Of a stretch of 64,000 bases of DNA, positions 10,549-18,569 are shown piece by piece. The position numbers and the translations under genes are program-made. Every line of letters begins with the position of its first letter. Position 1 is the first letter of the stretch. The notes beneath the pieces were generated by a model. The model made no database searches and had not been told where the DNA came from. It saw only the letters and a program-made list of their open reading frames with translations. This DNA comes from an uncultured Gammaproteobacteria bacterium (GTDB taxonomy: Bacteria; Patescibacteriota; Microgenomatia; Levybacterales; UBA12049), in assembly GCA_964571255.1 (NCBI GenBank), contig CAZNAA010000001.1:359674-423673 (forward strand), in the 5' to 3' direction.

Positions 10549-11935
10549 CGAAGATCATATTTGTTGATCCCGTTTTCCCAAATGGCATACCAGCTGCGAT
10601 AACAAACGGATCACCTTTTTTTAGATTTAAAATTCCGTTATCTTTTGCAACTCTCTGAGCTTGTTCTCGCATATTCATAAATCCTGTTGTAGTTTTGATA
10701 AGACGAGGATGGACTCCCCATGAAAAATTTAAGTTTCGAACATGAGCTTGATCAGGAGAAAGTGCAATAATGGTTTGCGGGTGACGGTGTCTGGAAATTC
10801 TTCTGGCTGTTACTCCTTTTTGAGTGAAAGCAACAATTAAATTGGCATGAATTTGATCAGCAATCTCTCCAATACTTGCACTCACTGCATGACTGACAGA
10901 ATCATCTTCACTATAGATTCGTGGAGTTACATGACTTAAGGCTTCTCTAATAATTTTTACCATCATTCGAACAGCTTCTGCGGGAAATTTGCCACTAGCT
11001 GTTTCTGCAGAAAGCATCACAGCATCAGTTCCATCTAAAATGGCATTTGCAACGTCTGTTACTTCAGCTCGAGTTGGAATAGGAGCATTAATCATGGACT
11101 CAAGCATTTGAGTTGCTGTAATAACTGGTTTTGCTTTAGCAAGACACAAGTTAATAAGTCTTTTTTGAATATGAGGAACTTCAGCAATAGGAATAGCCAG
11201 TCCCATATCACCTCTGGCAACCATTAACCCATCAGCTACTTCTAAAATCTTTTCTGCATTCTCAATTCCTAAAGCTGTTTCAATTTTGGCAATAATAAAT
11301 ATCTTTGAATCTTTAGGGAGAACATGCTTTACGGCTTCAATATCTTTTTCTGATTGAACAAAAGAAACAGCCAAAGCATCCGTTCCTAATTCAACCATTC
11401 GTTTAATATCTTTTCGATCCTTGTCTGATAATCCTGCACTCGCAAGAGACAATCCCTCTGCAGAAAATCCCTTTTTTGGTTTTAGTAGTCCTCCAACAAT
11501 GACTTCAGCCAATACACCTTCAGGAATTTGTTTTACTACACGCAATTTAATATACCCATCATCAATATATACTTCAGCGTTTGGTTTTAAAAAATCAACA
11601 ATTGAGGAATGATTTAAACTAAATCCTTCTTCATTTCCAATAATTTGCTCTTTATGGATTTTAACCTTTTCTCCCCGTTTCAGAATGGTATTTTCCTCCA
11701 TATCTCCACAACGAATTTTTGGTCCTGCCAAATCTCCCATAACAGTTAATGGACGACCAATTTCTTTCTCTGCTGCTCTGACCCATTCTAATCTACTTTT
11801 CATTTCCGACTCACTTGCATGAGACAGATTAATTCGGAAAACATCTACTCCTTCTTTCGCAAGTTCTAGTAAAGCTTCTGGGGAATCAACAGCGGGACCA
11901 ACGGTTGCAATAATTTTTACTTTTTTATCAATCAT
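10535..11935 (-). CDS. pyk: Pyruvate kinase
   Basis: KIIATVGPA, RINLSH, IIAKIET, MVARGDMG, ATQMLESM, PTRAEVTDVANA. Confidence 0.97.
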   Translation of the reverse strand: MIDKKVKIIATVGPAVDSPEALLELAKEGVDVFRINLSHASESEMKSRLEWVRAAEKEIGRPLTVMGDLAGPKIRCGDMEENTILKRGEKVKIHKEQIIGNEEGFSLNHSSIVDFLKPNAEVYIDDGYIKLRVVKQIPEGVLAEVIVGGLLKPKKGFSAEGLSLASAGLSDKDRKDIKRMVELGTDALAVSFVQSEKDIEAVKHVLPKDSKIFIIAKIETALGIENAEKILEVADGLMVARGDMGLAIPIAEVPHIQKRLINLCLAKAKPVITATQMLESMINAPIPTRAEVTDVANAILDGTDAVMLSAETASGKFPAEAVRMMVKIIREALSHVTPRIYSEDDSVSHAVSASIGEIADQIHANLIVAFTQKGVTARRISRHRHPQTIIALSPDQAHVRNLNFSWGVHPRLIKTTTGFMNMREQAQRVAKDNGILNLKKGDPFVIAAGMPFGKTGSTNMIFVERV

Positions 11936-11983
11936 AGATGTATTCTACAGTTACTATAGGGATTTTACAAGAAGTGGAGCAAC

Positions 11984-12406
11984 TTATTCTGTAACTTCTG
12001 CTTTCTTTCCTCTGTGAAAACGCGCTCTCCTTGGAGATAAATGCGTACGTTGCATATATCTTCTCCACCTCTGATCAGCTTCAGTAATACCACTAAGATA
12101 TGTTTCCAAATCTGCTAGTCGACCATGATGTTGTTCTGCTATCTGATACGCAGATCTACAAACCACATATTCTTCGTTTGCCGAAATAAGAGCAGCGTTC
12201 GTATCTCTGTGTGATTCTTCCATATATGCATGCGCTATTTCTGCTTCAATCAATCTTCTCGTAGCATGATCTAATCCTGCTAGTAAAGCATCTAGATCTT
12301 CTTGTGAATCACTTGCTGCAGTTTTCACTTCAAGGAGTTCTCTTGGAGGTTGATTATTATATTCAGCAAATGCCGTACTTCTTGAAAAACTTTCATGTGT
12401 TGCCAT
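11984..12406 (-). CDS. Hypothetical helical protein
   Basis: 140-aa ORF between rplS and pyk, same strand. Confidence 0.6.
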   Translation of the reverse strand: MATHESFSRSTAFAEYNNQPPRELLEVKTAASDSQEDLDALLAGLDHATRRLIEAEIAHAYMEESHRDTNAALISANEEYVVCRSAYQIAEQHHGRLADLETYLSGITEADQRWRRYMQRTHLSPRRARFHRGKKAEVTE

Positions 12407-12424
12407 AGAAGAATAAAATGAGAA

Positions 12425-12709
12425 TTAACTTTTTGGAACTTTGAGGTGATTCAGTTTTGCTCTTCTGATTCGACGTTTTGGTCCTGCGACAATTTCAACT
12501 CTTTCAATATTTGGTCCTGCAATTGGATAGATCTTTTCAACTCCAATAGGTCCTACCTTTTTTTGAACAGTGAACATTTTATTCATTCCTCGTCCACGAA
12601 TTCCAAGAACTACTCCTTGAAATACTTGTACACGAGTCTTATCACCCTCTTGAATTTTCTGATGAACTTTTACCACGTCGCCTGGTTTAAAGTTAATTGT
12701 TGTAATCAT
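12425..12709 (-). CDS. rplS: 50S ribosomal protein L19
   Basis: FKPGDVVKVH, RVQVFQGVV, GVEKIYP, RRAKL; start MITTINF 7 nt after TATAAT. Confidence 0.93.
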   Translation of the reverse strand: MITTINFKPGDVVKVHQKIQEGDKTRVQVFQGVVLGIRGRGMNKMFTVQKKVGPIGVEKIYPIAGPNIERVEIVAGPKRRIRRAKLNHLKVPKS

Positions 12710-12806
12710 ACCGATTATTATACAAGAATTTGCGCTTGGCCGCAACAGTGATATAATCACTCTCATGGCTGAACGTTTCACTCCTTTACACGCTGTAAAA
12801 GACTAA

Positions 12807-14474
12807 CTATTTGCTACATGCTTTGATAAATTCTAAAAACAAGGGATGGGGAGATAACGGTCTACTCTTATACTCCGGATGTCCTTGAGTTCCCATATAG
12901 AAAGGATGATCTTTCTCAGAAAGCTCAATAATCTCAACAAGATTTTCAACTACCGATCGAGCAGAGATAATAAGACCTTTATTCTCTAGTTCTTTTGCAT
13001 ATTCATCATTAAATTCATATCGATGTCTATGTCTTTCACTCGTTAATCCTGTTTTCTCATCAATCATTCCTCCATGTTTTTTATAGATCTCATAGGCTTT
13101 AGTTCCTTTTTTGACAATTGCTTCCCAACTCCCCAGCCTCATCGTTCCTCCATATGCACGTCTCTCCATGAGCTCTTTTTGAGAAGGGATCAAGTGAATA
13201 ACGAGATCTTTTGATTTAGGATCAATTTCTTGGGATGAGGCAGTCTTAAGTCCTAACATATCCCGAGCATAGGCAATAACAGCAAGTTGCATGCCATAAC
13301 AAAGTCCAAGATAAGGAATTTTCTTCTTTCGAGCATAACTGGCTGCAGCAATCATTCCTTCAGTTCCCCGCTCTCCCCAGCCAATGGGAACAATAATACC
13401 ATCTGGTTTTCCAATTTGTTTTTCAAGTCCTTCTTTCTCAACTTTTTCTGCATCAACCCATTTTGTCTTTACTTTCACTCCTATTTTCCATGAAGCGTGA
13501 TCAATTGCATCAAAAAGAGCAGCATAGGAATCTCTGATTTGATACTCCCCTGTTCCAAAGTATTTTCCAATAATGGCAATTTCAATTTCTTTCTTCTTTT
13601 CTTTTTTGACTTCATTCACAAAATTTTCCCAATCAGTAAGTTTCGGTCGTTTTACCGCTAGTCCTAATTTTTGCAGGATTCTTTTATCTAATCCCTGTTG
13701 ACTAAGAATACTTGGAATCTCATAAACTGATTTTACATCCGGATTTGAAAGAATATCCTCTGGATGCATGTTACAAAACAGAGCAAATCGAGCTCTTCGT
13801 CTTTCATCAAGTAAACTGTCTGATCTGGCAATAATAAAATCTGGTTGGATTCCCATGGAGTTAAGGGTACGGACAGACAGTTGGGTTGGTTTGGTTTTTG
13901 GTTCTCCCAAGTGATTGGGGGTTGGCATATAGCTAACGTGAATATGAATCACGTCTCCTGGTCTCTTGAGAGTCAAAATACGAGATGCTTCATAGTAAAA
14001 GATATTCTGATATTCTCCTGCAGTTCCCCCAAGCTCAATAATGACAATATCTGCATCAACCTTTTTCCCAGCAATTTCAATTCGTTTAATAATTTCATCC
14101 GTTATATGAGGAATTGCTTCAACTGTTTTTCCTTGATATTCAAATCGTCTTTCTTTTTCAATAACTGTTTGATAAATTTTCCCTATGGTAACAAAATTTT
14201 CCTTCCCCATATCTTGGTGAAGAAACTTCTCATAGGTTCCAATATCCATATCCGTTTCTGTTCCATCTTCACACAAAAAAGAATCTCCATGTTCAATGGG
14301 GTTGATTGTTCCAGCATCAAGGTTTAGATAATTTTCAAATTTAATGGGGGCAATAGTATATCCTGCTGATTTGAGGAGAAGAGCTACTGAGGCGGTCGTA
14401 ATTCCTTTACCTATTCCAGAAATTACGCCTCCTGAAACAAAGATGAATTTTGTTCTCTTTTTTGTTGAGGGCAC
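12807..14474 (-). CDS. pyrG: CTP synthase
   Basis: GGVISGIGKG, KTKPTQ, GLCYGMQ, RHRHRYE, HPE; GTG start 5 nt after TTGACG-N17-TAGGAT. Confidence 0.97.
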   Translation of the reverse strand: MPSTKKRTKFIFVSGGVISGIGKGITTASVALLLKSAGYTIAPIKFENYLNLDAGTINPIEHGDSFLCEDGTETDMDIGTYEKFLHQDMGKENFVTIGKIYQTVIEKERRFEYQGKTVEAIPHITDEIIKRIEIAGKKVDADIVIIELGGTAGEYQNIFYYEASRILTLKRPGDVIHIHVSYMPTPNHLGEPKTKPTQLSVRTLNSMGIQPDFIIARSDSLLDERRRARFALFCNMHPEDILSNPDVKSVYEIPSILSQQGLDKRILQKLGLAVKRPKLTDWENFVNEVKKEKKKEIEIAIIGKYFGTGEYQIRDSYAALFDAIDHASWKIGVKVKTKWVDAEKVEKEGLEKQIGKPDGIIVPIGWGERGTEGMIAAASYARKKKIPYLGLCYGMQLAVIAYARDMLGLKTASSQEIDPKSKDLVIHLIPSQKELMERRAYGGTMRLGSWEAIVKKGTKAYEIYKKHGGMIDEKTGLTSERHRHRYEFNDEYAKELENKGLIISARSVVENLVEIIELSEKDHPFYMGTQGHPEYKSRPLSPHPLFLEFIKACSK

Positions 14475-14587
14475 GATTTATCCTAACAAAGAGTTGGTTA
14501 CTCGTCAAGGGGAATAATTCATATGTACTGCACTATGCTCTAGCCTAACGCTAGGGGTAGTATGTATTCTCAATTTTAGTCTCATAG

Positions 14588-14616
14588 TTTACTTCGCCTC
14601 ACTTTTTTCGTATAAT
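14588..14616 (+). promoter_or_regulatory. sigma70-type promoter of cassette A
   Basis: TTTACT-N17-TATAAT. Confidence 0.65.
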
Positions 14617-14685
14617 CCTTTTAGTTTTAGCTTCAACTCTTTTCTAAATTGCTGATTTGAGGAGAATCTATTACTTTTTATTCTC

Positions 14686-14703
14686 TTGCACATTAATAGT
14701 TGT
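14686..14703 (+). promoter_or_regulatory. Conserved 18-nt leader motif, copy A
   Basis: TTGCACATTAATAGTTGT; 15/18 identical to 40771-40788 and 16/18 to the reverse complement of 62061-62078. Confidence 0.75.
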
Positions 14704-14849
14704 GGAAATATATATACTCTGCTTTTTGAAGCAAGGTAATAGGATGAGAAAACACTTTTTTCCTTCTTTTTACTTGCTTCAAACCTACCGGAAGTCGGAT
14801 AGGAGAAGCAGGAGAAGACAAAGGAGCCGAGAGGCAGAAAGGAAGAGCC

Positions 14850-15104
14850 ATGTACTGGATTTTGATAGTTATGATGTTCAGTGGCTTTCCTCTATCGATC
14901 CTGGGAGGCTGCATCTACAAGAAAGACACCTTGAGGGAAACAGCAGGATTAGCAATGATCCTTGTTGCTACCGTGTTTTCGATGCTAGGATTCTTTATAG
15001 CAAGTCAAGCACTCAGGTTTGACCAAGCGTTCGTTCTTCCTTCATGCGTTCTCCTCGGAATGATAGTCGCAGGAGTAGGCCTTGTCATAGGAGAGCTGAA
15101 GTAA
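14850..15104 (+). CDS. Small membrane protein (84 aa, ~3 TM), cassette A
   Basis: Almost entirely hydrophobic; purine-rich AAAGGAAG upstream; preceded by a leader hairpin at about 14761-14825. Confidence 0.75.
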   Translation: MYWILIVMMFSGFPLSILGGCIYKKDTLRETAGLAMILVATVFSMLGFFIASQALRFDQAFVLPSCVLLGMIVAGVGLVIGELK

Positions 15105-15144
15105 AAAGAAAGGAGGTATCACAACTAAATATATCGCAAGAAAT

Positions 15145-15175
15145 GGCGTCCCGCTGCTTAACAGCAGCGGGCGCC
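15145..15175 (+). terminator. GC-rich hairpin 3' of cassette A (terminator-like, no U-tract)
   Basis: GGCGT-CCCGCTGCT-TAAC-AGCAGCGGG-CGCC, perfect 9-bp core stem. Confidence 0.55.
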
Positions 15176-15245
15176 TGTCTCTACTCAAATTTATATATCC
15201 TCAATATATTAATTCATTGAGTGTGTAATCTTTCATCAAAGAAGT

Positions 15246-15554
15246 TTATTTTTTCTCCCATCTATCTTTATCCCGTCCGTAACACTTATCCATTGTTTTT
15301 TTGAAATGCGTATCCATATCAATTTCTAAAGAATTAGATAAACAAGTAAGAGTAAAAATAATATCAGCTATCTCATCTCCAATTTCTGCATTCTCTTCCT
15401 CTGGTTTTTTCTTTTTTGGACCAAAGCGGTGATTCAACTCTCTGGCTAACTCTCCTGTCTCTTCAGTAAGTCTGGCAAGAATTTCAAGAGGTTTAAAATA
15501 GCCAATCTTGTACTGAGTAACCCAGTCATCTACTTGTTTTTGAACATCTTTCAT
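15246..15554 (-). CDS. MazG-like (YpjD-type) nucleotide pyrophosphohydrolase
   Basis: LARLTEETGELARE, EIGDEIADIIF; ATG overlaps the upstream TGA. Confidence 0.9.
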   Translation of the reverse strand: MKDVQKQVDDWVTQYKIGYFKPLEILARLTEETGELARELNHRFGPKKKKPEEENAEIGDEIADIIFTLTCLSNSLEIDMDTHFKKTMDKCYGRDKDRWEKK

Positions 15555-15997
15555 TTTTTCTGAGTATATTCCCACTCCCTGACAACTTCAAGTGCTTCTT
15601 CTTCTAGATCTGAAAGATGAACAAGCTCTAGTGGTTCATTAAACATACTAATGAGTTTCTTTGTATCTTCTGGAGTTTCATAATAGAGTCCTGAAACTTT
15701 TGATTTTGGAATAGCATAGACAATTCGTCTGATTCCAGACCAATACGCAACTCCCGTACACATCAGACAAGATTCAAGTCCAATATACAGAGTAGCATCA
15801 GTCAAAACTCCTTCTTTTTCAAATGCGGAAGATATGGCTTTAGAATCAGCATGAAATAACCCAGGATACGAAGAACTCACTGCTGATGATAGGACCTTAT
15901 CGTGTCTTACGACAATTGCACCTGCTGGAAAGTTTCCTTGCTCAAAGGATTGTTTTGAATTTTCAATAGCTTGTTTTAGATAGTCTTTATCCAACAT
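15551..15997 (-). CDS. Cytidine/deoxycytidylate deaminase family protein with variant motifs
   Basis: FPAGAIVV, HAD in place of HAE, ESCLMC in place of EPCxxC. Confidence 0.8.
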   Translation of the reverse strand: MLDKDYLKQAIENSKQSFEQGNFPAGAIVVRHDKVLSSAVSSSYPGLFHADSKAISSAFEKEGVLTDATLYIGLESCLMCTGVAYWSGIRRIVYAIPKSKVSGLYYETPEDTKKLISMFNEPLELVHLSDLEEEALEVVREWEYTQKK

Positions 15998-16000
15998 AAA

Positions 16001-16258
16001 TTAAAGGATTTCATTCATTTTATAAAAACAAAATCCCCCAAGTCCCCCTACTACTCCAGCTATTGCGGGAAGAAGAAGATACGTTGAAATAAAAGAGAGT
16101 GAATGGAGTGTATTAAGGGAAATAAGATTTCCTAATTGTTGATTTACTTGTTCAATAAATATCACAATTGAAGAAATGATCTGGGGATAGAAAGAAGGAG
16201 CTGAAATACCCAATCCTATTCCAATTAGCATTCCAGTAGCAATATATTGTTTATACAT
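16001..16258 (-). CDS. Small membrane protein
   Basis: 85 aa, two hydrophobic segments, tightly packed in the operon. Confidence 0.6.
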   Translation of the reverse strand: MYKQYIATGMLIGIGLGISAPSFYPQIISSIVIFIEQVNQQLGNLISLNTLHSLSFISTYLLLPAIAGVVGGLGGFCFYKMNEIL

Positions 16259-16265
16259 GAATCAA

Positions 16266-17327
16266 TTATTCCTCTAGTGTATCATTTGCTAAAAATATCT
16301 TTAAGCGATTCACCTCTTCCTCTAGCTCTTTGTCAAACTCTTTACTCTTTGGACAAGAGGTAGTAAATCCAAGATCAATATTCAACTCTTTATTCACTCT
16401 TTTAATATTTGCCCATCCAATCATCTCCTCACCCCACAATAGAGGCATGGCATAATATCCTCTAATGCGTTTTATTGAAGGAACATAAGCTTCAAACTGA
16501 TATAACCATCCAAATAGATGTTCAAACCTGAATCTATCTCTGACAACGGGATCAAAAGGAGAGAGAAACTTCACACTTTGAGAGATTTTTAAGTCCTTAA
16601 GTTTTTCGGTTGGCCAAAGATAGGTCAGTCCATCAATCGTTTGTTGCGAAAGTTCACCTGAATCTAGAAGTTTCTTAATAATCTGTTTGGTATTTCCAAA
16701 ATGATGATGTATTCGATGAAGTGATTGGCTTAACGTCTTAGAAGTTACTGGTGCCATAATATCCACCATAACCAAAATAAGTTTACTTACTCTTTCTTCC
16801 AAAGAAAGAACTTCATTGTCTAGTGAAAAGGCTTGGTACACTCTATTGCTTCCTTCTCGTCTTACTACTCTAAGAAGACCGTAATAATGTAATCGGTCCA
16901 GAGCCATCTTGCTTGATCTTGAATATCCTCCCCACCAATTCAGCTCACGTTTTTTTTCGAAATACTTTTCTAAATCTTTAGGGTGAATCTCGCCTATTTT
17001 TCGAACGGTTTCTAGTACTTCTTTATCAAACGTACTCAGATCAACACTAGTTCGAGGATGAAGGAGTCTCCATACCTCACGAGTAAGATATCCATGAGCA
17101 TAGAAAAAGTCTTCTTCCAATCCTAGTAATTCATATTGTTTACTAATATCCCCAACATGATAGTTTGTAACTCGATGTCTGAGCATGAGATCCTGAGTAG
17201 GAGCGGGTGAGCGAATTGGATCGATTTGAACAAATTTGAGTTTTTCAATTGCTTCTTTAAGCGAAACTGGAGAAAAAAGGGAGTGAGAGAGAGTAAAACG
17301 TTTTAGTTGTTGTTTCGTATAACTCAT
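16266..17327 (-). CDS. YcaQ/AlkZ-like winged-helix DNA glycosylase (crosslink repair family)
   Basis: QxD motif VQIDPI, LSPFDPVVRDR, FEAYVP..KR..GYYAMPLL; start moved to MSYTK because the longer call overlaps the tRNA. Confidence 0.85.
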   Translation of the reverse strand: MSYTKQQLKRFTLSHSLFSPVSLKEAIEKLKFVQIDPIRSPAPTQDLMLRHRVTNYHVGDISKQYELLGLEEDFFYAHGYLTREVWRLLHPRTSVDLSTFDKEVLETVRKIGEIHPKDLEKYFEKKRELNWWGGYSRSSKMALDRLHYYGLLRVVRREGSNRVYQAFSLDNEVLSLEERVSKLILVMVDIMAPVTSKTLSQSLHRIHHHFGNTKQIIKKLLDSGELSQQTIDGLTYLWPTEKLKDLKISQSVKFLSPFDPVVRDRFRFEHLFGWLYQFEAYVPSIKRIRGYYAMPLLWGEEMIGWANIKRVNKELNIDLGFTTSCPKSKEFDKELEEEVNRLKIFLANDTLEE

Positions 17328-17334
17328 TACTAAG

Positions 17335-17406
17335 AGCGGCGAACCGGGTTCGAACCGGCGACCTCTTCCTTGGGAAGGAAGCATTCTACCACTGAACTAC
17401 CGCCGC
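17335..17406 (-). tRNA. tRNA-Gly(CCC)
   Basis: GCGGCGGTAGTTCAGTGGTAGAATGCTTCCTT-CCC-AAGGAAGAGGTCGCCGGTTCGAACCCGGTTCGCCGCT; CCA not encoded. Confidence 0.95.
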
Positions 17407-17423
17407 GCAAAAGTATTATACTA

Positions 17424-18317
17424 CTACTTTCTTGGGATAGTTAAGACATTTCCTGAGTGAATGGTTGAAGGATGGACTAATTTATTTGCACTAGCAATTT
17501 CACTCCATCTATACCCATCTCCATATGCTCTTACAGCAATATCCCATAATTGATCTCCATGTTTTACCGTATAGGTATCTCCATTAATCTTTCCAGTTTG
17601 TACTGTTGCTTGAAGTGTTGGTTTTGTTTCAGTTTTCGCTACTGACTTACTTGTATCTACTTTTGGAAGAGTTAGTTTAGTTCCAATATATAAAACATTT
17701 GGATTTTCTAGTTTGTTAGCTTTAGCAATTTCACTCCATTTATATCCATCTTTATATACTCTTTCAGCAATACTCCAAAGTGAATCTCCACTCACTGTTG
17801 TATAGGAAGTTCCCGTAATTGGTTGTGATGCATTTGATTTTGCAACTGGTGTTGGTGTAGCAGTTGGTTTCATTGTTGGGACAGGAGTTGCTGTTGTTTT
17901 AACTTCAGGCTTTGCTGTAGGAGTGGGAGTATTTGTTGGCTTAGGAGTCATGGTAGGAGTTGCTGTTGGATTCATCATTGGAGTAGGAGTTACAGTTGGG
18001 ACTCTGGTTGGAGTCACAGATACTTCACTCTCTGGAGTAATAGTTAGAGGAAGCGTTTTTGCTAATTTTTCATCTTGAGTATTTGTAGCTGAGATTTGCT
18101 CCTGCATTGATGATTCAGGAAGTGGAGTTCGACCGTTGAAAAAAGCAATAAAAAGAAGGGCTGACACAATAACAACAACTACTCCAAGTAAAAGACTCGT
18201 ATATGACTCACCAAAACGAAGATAGTCAAAAACTGTTGGATAAAAACCTTTTTCTGAAGAATCAATTTCTTGAGAGTAAAGTGATTGTTTTTTTGTGGAT
18301 TGTTTTTTAGCCGCCAT
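17424..18317 (-). CDS. Membrane-anchored protein with Pro/Thr linker and two LysM domains
   Basis: One TM, PT-rich stalk, YTTVSGDSLWSIA and YTVKHGDQLWDIA. Confidence 0.92.
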   Translation of the reverse strand: MAAKKQSTKKQSLYSQEIDSSEKGFYPTVFDYLRFGESYTSLLLGVVVVIVSALLFIAFFNGRTPLPESSMQEQISATNTQDEKLAKTLPLTITPESEVSVTPTRVPTVTPTPMMNPTATPTMTPKPTNTPTPTAKPEVKTTATPVPTMKPTATPTPVAKSNASQPITGTSYTTVSGDSLWSIAERVYKDGYKWSEIAKANKLENPNVLYIGTKLTLPKVDTSKSVAKTETKPTLQATVQTGKINGDTYTVKHGDQLWDIAVRAYGDGYRWSEIASANKLVHPSTIHSGNVLTIPRK

Positions 18318-18405
18318 AATAAATAGTTAGGCAGATATAAAGAACGTGGCCGAATGATACTAAAAATGTGATCAAATTACAAGAGGGAAAGAATATATTT
18401 TGGGG

Positions 18406-18479
18406 CGGGATTGACGGGACTCGGACCCGCGACCTCTTCCGTGACAGGGAAGCGCTCTAACCAACTGAGCTACAACCCC
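18406..18479 (-). tRNA. tRNA-Asp(GTC)
   Basis: GGGGTTGTAGCTCAGTTGGTTAGAGCGCTTCCCT-GTC-ACGGAAGAGGTCGCGGGTCCGAGTCCCGTCAATCCCG. Confidence 0.93.
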
Positions 18480-18569
18480 AAAATTTGTAGGTTTATCTTA
18501 TCAAAATTGACTGAAAGACGCAATGATTCTTCTTTTCTCCTTTTTTTCTTTTTGCTATACTGGCTGTGA

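Noticed and set aside
14657-15022. 121-aa plus-strand ORF and 14693-14914 minus-strand ORF
   Set aside because: They overlap the structured leader and the better supported hydrophobic ORF 14850-15104, and their composition is not protein-like.
14684-15190. Cassettes as integron gene cassettes (GTT...AAC near stop codons)
   Set aside because: The cores are GTTGTNN rather than GTTRRRY, each unit has its own promoter, the units are dispersed, and there is no integrase in the window.
17328-17384. N-terminal extension of the ycaQ-like ORF
   Set aside because: It overlaps tRNA-Gly; ATG 17327 is the plausible start.
15246-17406. Integrative island at tRNA-Gly
   Set aside because: No duplicated tRNA 3' end and no integrase found.
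17840-18040. Repetitive DNA in the LysM gene as a repeat array or CRISPR
   Set aside because: It is a degenerate Pro/Thr linker-coding sequence. I saw no CRISPR array or cas gene anywhere in the window.
18406-18479. tRNA-Asp T-loop TCC instead of TTC as a pseudo-tRNA
   Set aside because: All stems pair and a single T-loop variant is not enough evidence.
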